From Octopus bimaculoides (lineage: Eukaryota), in contig NC_069000.1 in the NCBI RefSeq assembly GCF_001194135.2, positions 13,192,268 through 13,253,599 on the forward strand: a stretch of DNA of 61,332 bases, written 5' to 3'. The position numbers and the translations under genes were made by a program. Of this stretch, positions 54,966-61,332 are shown in pieces. The notes under the pieces are model-generated. The model saw nothing but the letters and a program-made list of their open reading frames with translations. It had not been told where the DNA came from and ran no database searches. The first letter of the stretch is position 1, and each line of letters starts with the position of its first letter.

Positions 54966-55603
54966 TAAACCAGGACTGCCATGTTATGTTGGCAAACAAT
55001 CTTTACTACAAAATACTGTTGCTGAATATCTCACGTTGTGAGATTTAAAAATAGTAATTTTGAAATTTATAAATCAGTGACTAGTTGTCACTTTGAAAAC
55101 TATATATTTCTAATGGGAATTTGGCAGCGCCACATCCAGCCGAACAGTTATTCTGTGCTGACGAAGGGAAATAGCCCAGAAATCGCGATACACAGAAACT
55201 GTTTTGAGCTGAGTGGGGGTACTAGATTCCCTTGTTCGAAAATATAAGGGCACAGATCATGTCATATAGCCAGCTGAGGACGATGTCTCCTGAGGCTAAA
55301 TTACAGCAACATTAGTCTTAAACCAGGACTGCAAACAATCTTTACTACAAAGTTCTGTTGCTGAATATCTCACGTAGTGAGATTTAAAAATAGTAATTTT
55401 CATTTTATTTCATGTTGCCCCAGTCTACTCAGCTATAATGAGTTCCAACTATATTTTCGAGAATGTGCATAGAGTACTGGGGTGAAAACAAATAAGGGAT
55501 TCGAAGCCAATTGTAGTCGTAGACGTTAGAAATTCTCCAGAGGCTAAATTACAGCAACATTAGTCTTAAACCAGGACTGCAAACAATCTTTACTACAAAG
55601 TTC
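54966..55603 (+). repeat. Local direct-repeat block around the hammerhead
   Basis: 54966-55061 matches 55319-55400 (period 353 nt; first copy has a 13-nt extra segment); 55287-55355 matches 55535-55603 (69 nt, 1 mismatch). Confidence 0.85.
55143..55203 (+). ncRNA. Minimal type I hammerhead ribozyme motif
   Basis: Stem I AACAGT-(TA bulge)-TTCTGTG / CACAGAA-ACTGTT; core CTGACGA 55158-55164; stem II GGG/CCC with loop AAATAG; GAAA 55179-55182; palindromic stem III ATCGCGAT; AUA cleavage triplet (cut after 55190). Non-canonical A10.1-A11.1 mismatch. Confidence 0.75.
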
Positions 55604-55695
55604 ATATTTGGTTGATTAAAAAATGTAATGGCAAGTATTTATTGACCTTTTTCTTTCCTTTAAAAATCGGCACGAACTTTCCGGACAGCCCAATA
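55604..55695 (-). mobile_element. Mariner terminal inverted repeat end fragment
   Basis: TA followed by TTGGGCTGTCCGGAAAGTTCGTGCCGATTT on -, a mariner-type TIR sequence; no partner end seen. Confidence 0.6.
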
Positions 55696-55871
55696 TAATG
55701 CTAACACTTCCAGACACGGTTCAACTACCAGGTCTACCGATACTTCAGATTAGAGATCATACCAAAAGCTGAAGAATTGTATTTCTACGAATTTGAATGT
55801 TTAGCATCATAGCAGTATTAGAATTAATAGAATTAACATTCCGCAATCATCACTATGTAGAAGTAAATAAG

Positions 55872-55992
55872 TCGCCATTTCATGTAAGATGACGTCACAT
55901 CCAATGATGACTCGCCGGTAAATATGATGATAATGTGGTCTTTTAAACGTGGTCAGAGGTCAGCTGTCAGCTCAGAATGGACATTTCCGGGC
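55872..55992. promoter_or_regulatory. Dense transcription-factor motif cluster (candidate enhancer)
   Basis: CGCCATTT (YY1-like), TGACGTCA 55890-55897 (perfect CRE), CCAAT 55901-55905, TGGTCAgAGGTCA 55950-55962 (DR1-type), CAGCTG E-box, TTCCGG (ETS core on -). Confidence 0.35.
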
Positions 55993-56089
55993 ACTTAAAG
56001 ATAAAATATGGAATATAAGAAACCGAAATGGCATTTATCAGAATAAACAAGATAAAATAAGTATATTCCTAACTTGATAACTTGAATGA

Positions 56090-56146
56090 GACTACTACTA
56101 CTACAACTACTACTACTATTACTACTACTACTACTACTACTACTAC

Positions 56147-56183
<37 letters not shown>

Positions 56184-56485
56184 AATAATAATAATAATAA
56201 TAATAATATTAATGATAATGATAATAATAATAATAATGATAATAATAATAATAATAATTAACCACTACTACTGCTACTACTACTACTACTGCTACTACTA
56301 CTACCAATATCACCACCATTACTACTACTACTACTAGAGTTACTACTGCCACTGCTACTACAAATATCACCACCATTACTACTACTACTACGATTACAGA
56401 CACGATCACTACGATGAATACCACCACCATTATTACTACTGCTGTTGCTGCTACCACCATCACCTTCACCACCACCACCACCACC

Positions 56486-56527
<42 letters not shown>

Positions 56528-56570
56528 GCTGCTGCTGCTACTACTTCTACTACTACTACTACTACTATGC
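56090..56570. repeat. (CTA)n/(TAA)n/(CCA)n compound tract
   Basis: Direct reading. Confidence 0.9.
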
Positions 56571-56599
56571 TGCAGTTGTTATAGTCTCACGTTACGTAC

Positions 56600-56628
56600 C
56601 ATGGGACGAGGTTTAAGCATCGATCCAG
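56600..56628 (-). other. Candidate 29-nt exon CTGGATCGATGCTTAAACCTCGTCCCATG
   Basis: Very strong acceptor (…cttctttttcttttgttttttgttttgtcgatgtgcAG|) and donor ATG|GTACGT; together with the 10-nt exon it totals 39 nt (frame-preserving). Confidence 0.55.
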
Positions 56629-56721
56629 CTGCACATCGACAAAACAAAAAACAAAAGAAAAAGAAGTGGAATAAAAACGATTGCAATAGTTGTAAATGTC
56701 GCCTTCATCACACCCACTCAC

Positions 56722-56731
56722 CTTGCAATGT
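56722..56731 (-). other. Candidate 10-nt micro-exon ACATTGCAAG (may extend further 5')
   Basis: Acceptor tgttgcttttgcAG| and perfect donor AAG|GTGAGT; followed by a 93-nt intron (56629-56721) with a long polypyrimidine tract. Confidence 0.55.
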
Positions 56732-57764
56732 CTGCAAAAGCAACATTATGTCTTGTAATACAGTGCAAGTAGGAAGAACGATAGCATTATTTAGTAATCT
56801 ATATGTATTTCTACTCTTTTTTTCTTTCTCTTATTTATTTGTTTCTGCAATCAAACACATAAATACATACGAGTGAAATAGGTTTTATATATTTACGTGT
56901 GTGTGTGTGTGTGTGTGTGTGTGAGCGTTAATGTGTATGTATACAATATGTAAATATATATGCAATTTTACATATAGCTCATTGTACATATATTCATATA
57001 TTGTACTTCACAGATACGGACTGTTNNNNNNNNNNNNNNNNNNNNNNNNNNNNNNNNNNNNNNNNNNNNNNNNNNNNNNNNNNNNNNNNNNNNNNNNNNN
57101 NNNNNNNNNNNNNNNNNNNNNNNNNNNNNNNNNNNNNNNNNNNNNNNNNNNNNNNNNNNNNNNNNNNNNNNNNNNNNNNNNNNNNNNNNNNNNNNNNNNN
57201 NNNNNNNNNNNNNNNNNNNNNNNNNNNNNNNNNNNNNNNNNNNNNNNNNNNNNNNNNNNNNNNNNNNNNNNNNNNNNNNNNNNNNNNNNNNTGTGTGTGT
57301 GTGTGTGTGTGTGTGTGTATTGTGTTTGTAAGTCTAACACTGAAACAGAAGAAAATGGTTAAAGGAGATAATTCAGAGCTAGAGATAAATGAATAGAAAT
57401 AGGAACATATTAATATGTGCACTATTGAGTGAACTGAACTGTACACATTGGTAAAATATAACCTGGCGTTGCTGATAAGGCAGTTTAAACTACTAGAAAC
57501 ATGAGAAACATGCGTAAAATAAGAGAAGAGAAGAATTGCGTTTGTGTTTTCTTTCAATGACGGTTTAACTAAAGTAAAGGTCAATGTTGAAAAATAACAA
57601 TCGGTATTGGTTTAAAAGGAATCGAAATGAAATAATCTATGATATTATTATACTGATGCACGTCAAATACAAAAACAGTTGAATGAACGCCTCTTATTTC
57701 TCGTGTCCAAGGTACGTAACTCATGGTTGCATGCATTTGCGTTATTGTAATAAAAAAAAGATGA

Positions 57765-57921
57765 GCAGACATGTTTGTGTGCTTAAGAAACTTGCCTTGC
57801 AACCATTGATTTTGGCTTCAGTCTCACTGCACGGCGTTTTGGGGAAATGTCTTTTTCTCTAGCCTTGGATTGACCATTGCCTAATTAAGTGAATTTTGTA
57901 GACGGAAACTGTATTGAAACC
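57765..57921 (+). mobile_element. SINE family A, old 5' half
   Basis: Degenerate head and GTAGACGGAAACTG segment. Confidence 0.55.
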
Positions 57922-58488
57922 ATTATATTATATTATTATATGAATATAATATATTATGTCAATAAATTTTAATTTTTGAATTGTCAATTGCTTATCTCCA
58001 TTTTTCTTTTTAATTTTTATGAATTTAATATATACCCGTGCGAATTATAAGGTTTTCTTCTCCAAAATTAGGTATTAAACAGTGGAGCCAGTGAAAGATT
58101 GGATGTTTTCATCCCTATTTTCCTTGAATTTAATTATATATATATATATATANNNNNNNNNNNNNNNNNNNNNNNNNNNNNNNNNNNNNNNNNNNNNNNN
58201 NNNNNTGCATTCAATGCAAAAGAGTTCTAGAATAGAATGCAGTTATATGAACATATATATTCTGGAATCGGAGATTTTATCTTCTTTGTATTTTTAGGTT
58301 TGTTTTAACAGAGAGAGAGAGGGGGGGATTCTACATGTGCGGCTACTTTAAAATACAGTCGGTCGTTTAACACAAGTTAAGCTATGATGTCTATTGTATA
58401 CATAAGGTATTATTATGTGAATAAGTATATCGCTTCTAATATGTACATACATGCGCTCACACATGCTAACACAAATACACACGTGTGC

Positions 58489-58531
<43 letters not shown>

Positions 58532-58565
58532 GAGAGAGAGATACATATATATATGCATATATATA

Positions 58566-58975
58566 CTCTTTTACTCTTTTACTTGTTTCAGTCTTTTGAC
58601 TGTGGCCATGCTGGAGCACCGCCTTTTTAGTCGAGCAAATCGACCCCAGGACTTATTCTTTAGAAGCCTAGTACTTATTCTATCGGTCACTTTTTGCCGA
58701 ACCGCTAAGTTACGGGGACATAAACACACCAGCATCGGTTGTCAAGCGATGTTGGGGGGACAAACACAGACACACAAACACATACACACATACATATATA
58801 TATACATATATATGACGGGCTTCTTTCAGTTTCCGTCTACCAAATCCACTCACAAGGCTTTGGTCGGCCCGAGGCTATAGTAGAAGACACTTGCCCAAGA
58901 TGCCACGCAGTGGGACTGAACCCGGGACCATGTGGTTGGTAAGCAAGCTACTTACCACACAGCCACTCCTACGCC
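58566..58975 (-). mobile_element. Full-length young tRNA-derived SINE, family A (about 410 bp, internal microsatellite)
   Basis: On -: A box TGGCTGTGTGG, B-box-like GGTTCAGTCCC, CORE-like CTTGGGCAAGTG, internal (TA/TG)n, tail …GACTGAAACAAGTAAAGAG; many homologous copies in the window. Confidence 0.9.
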
Positions 58976-59203
58976 TATAACAGTATATGTATATATAAAT
59001 ACTAAGTCAATGTTATGTACATATATATATGTACATATACGTATACACACATATATAAACATATATATACATATATATTATACGTATATAAATATCAAAT
59101 ATATATATATATGTATATATATACATGCATATATACATATATATACACACACACACAAACAAACACACACGCATGCATATATGAGTGTGTGTTTGTTTGT
59201 GTG

Positions 59204-59242
<39 letters not shown>

Positions 59243-59824
59243 TTGTGTGTGTGCATATAATTATGTGCATACACAATACACATTATATCTGCGTATGTGT
59301 ATACAGGTGTTTGCGTGTAGAAAGATAGAAAGTGGGAGAGAGGTGGAAAAAACGTGTGTGGGGGCGGTCGGCGAAAGCGAAAGAGAGAATAAAAGATATT
59401 TAAATGTACTAATGTTTTGGCATCTTTTCATACCATAGTGAAATACTAATATTTTCCAGAAATTATCGGTGGCGGCTGCCTTTGATGTGAATAAGATTCA
59501 AACTGTGCCAGAGACACTACATTCACCAGTAGTTCTATTGATCCTTGTGTTTATTTATTGTTTCTGATTTCTGTATTTTTCACTTCCTCCAGTTTTTAAT
59601 CAAAAAAACGCTATTGATCTATTTTAACGGTATCTTTTTATTGAATTTCATTTGTCTTCGCTATAAGCTTTCAATGCCATCAAATAATAACTGTTTTCGT
59701 TGTGTTGTAGCCTTCTATAAACTTTGTTTATTCTCTAAACTCTTCGTTGCTATCATTATTGTAGCGTAGCTATGATTCTCTCTGTGACGATTGTCAGTCG
59801 TTATCGCAATCACGGATAAAGAGT

Positions 59825-59960
59825 GGTCGTAGCCGACGCCGTCGTCGACGTCATCATCGCCGTCGTCGACGACATCATCGTCGTCGTCGACGTCATCATC
59901 GTCGTTGTCATCGTCATCGTTGTTGTTGCTGTTGTTTTCATCGTCATCATCGTCCTCACA
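59825..59960. repeat. Degenerate (GTC/ATC)n tract
   Basis: Direct reading. Confidence 0.85.
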
Positions 59961-60082
59961 CCACTATCGTGCGCCCGACGAACACCGACACAACGACAGT
60001 CGTAATATAGTATTAGGCAATAAAGTATTAGGTTAGACTTAGTACGTTTGTAATTACGCAAGATATATATATAAATATATAT

Positions 60083-60171
<89 letters not shown>

Positions 60172-60234
60172 TATTTATGTCTTGTTTGCAAGACATATAC
60201 ATATATATATACATATACATATATATATACATAT

Positions 60235-60246
<12 letters not shown>

Positions 60247-60316
<70 letters not shown>
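60247..60316. repeat. (GATA)n tetranucleotide microsatellite (also at about 33345-33380 and 36899-36957)
   Basis: Direct reading. Confidence 0.95.
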
Positions 60317-60317
<1 letters not shown>

Positions 60318-60331
60318 GCTGTGTGAGCGTG

Positions 60332-60700
60332 TCTAGTGTTTGTTCTTGTCCACCACCACCGGTGTTGGTTTCTTTGCATCCCCGTAACCTAGCAGTTCGG
60401 CAAGTGTCCTCTACTATAGCCTCTGTGTGGATTTAGTTGACGGTAACTGAAAGAAACCCGTCGTGTATTCATGTATATACATGTATATATGTGTGTGTTT
60501 GTGTATTTCTGCTCTGTTTGTCCCACACTATCGCTTGCCAACCGGTGTTGGTTTGTTTTCGTCCCTCATAACTTACCTTTTGACAAAAAGAAAAACGATA
60601 GAATAAGTATCAGGTTTAAAATAACTTAATAAGTACTGGGGTCGGTTCATTCGATTAAAATTTCTTCAAGTTTGCGCCCCAGCATGAGCCCAGTCTCAAG
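60332..60700 (+). mobile_element. Rearranged SINE family A (3' piece fused ahead of the body)
   Basis: CCGTAACCTAGCAGTTCGGCAA joined to GTGTCCTCTACTATAGC, followed by a normal body and tail. Confidence 0.75.
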
Positions 60701-61323
60701 CATATAAAAGATGAAAGATACCAGATATCGATATAACACTAATTGGGATAACAATCTAACCCAATGTTCCCTGAGAAGCGCCCTTTAGATTGCAGCTATT
60801 CAGATCAAATTTTCGATCTAACATTTACTAGACCCTCTAAAACATTCAAGGACATTGCTCTTATTTCTTTGACTAAACTATTAAAAAGAGAAAAAAAACG
60901 TAATGAGGTCTTAATTTAGTGCAAAGCCATAAATTTCTAAAGAAAGACGCCATGACATTTTGCAATGTGTATATATCTTCCGTTACACAGACATAATAAA
61001 TATAAGTAAAAAGACATGTTGTGACATAACACACACACACATACACAAGAAAAAAAAATAGAAAAGGAAAAGAACACCTCGAAGATATTAGAGTCATAAG
61101 TACAGGGAATTACTTTCAAACAGAAAGGAAATTCATGTCAGGAGTTGGCTGGAAAAGAGCTTACATTTTGCTCTATGACACCCAATCGCTACAAATCACG
61201 CCAAACGTGTGATAAGGAAGTATTTCTTTAACTGGAAACAAATTGAAGTGAAACACAAACATACTTAAAATCCATTTACGTAATACTGCAAATGAAACCT
61301 TTATTTTTAAACTACGAACTTAC

Positions 61324-61332
61324 CGATCTGAT
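61324..61332 (-). other. 3' end of a probable - strand exon running off the window edge
   Basis: Minus strand reads ATCAGATCG|GTAAGT, a consensus donor; only 9 exon nt are visible. Confidence 0.4.

Noticed and set aside
58566-58975. tRNA-like A/B boxes here and in the other SINE heads
   Set aside because: They continue into SINE bodies and do not form a complete cloverleaf, so they are not tRNA genes.
59760-60000. Asp-rich or Thr/Met-rich frames on -
   Set aside because: Derived from a degenerate (GAC/GAT)n tract, with no credible splice sites or start.
2187-60379. Long ORFs rich in X, YI, CV, HT or homopolymeric amino acids
   Set aside because: Products of N gaps and (TA)n, (CA)n or trinucleotide tracts that lack stop codons; no splice or domain support.

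Overview
AT-rich, microsatellite-dense eukaryotic draft sequence with many N gaps, mostly flanked by (TA)n. The tRNA-derived SINE families and transposon remnants resemble those of an octopus (Octopus-like cephalopod); this assignment comes from my recall of the repeat families, not a search. No prokaryotic features, CRISPR arrays, rRNA genes or true tRNA genes are seen, and nearly all ORF-track entries are microsatellite, gap or SINE artefacts. Supported content: (1) the last three phase-compatible + strand exons (about 2.9, 5.8 and 15.2 kb) of a small single-pass membrane protein with a juxtamembrane Cys cluster, an ITAM-like Tyr pair and a hydrophobic C-terminus; (2) a probable - strand spliced transcript entering from the right edge, with very small exons around a textbook 93-nt intron at 56.6-56.7 kb and a TATA/CCAAT promoter candidate at 52.8 kb; (3) about 30 SINE copies of at least three families, Tc1/mariner remnants, MITEs and long foldback elements; (4) a minimal type I hammerhead ribozyme at 55143-55203 inside a 353-nt directly repeated unit (retrozyme/Penelope-like), which is the most notable find. 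All gene models were spliced by hand and need RNA-seq confirmation.
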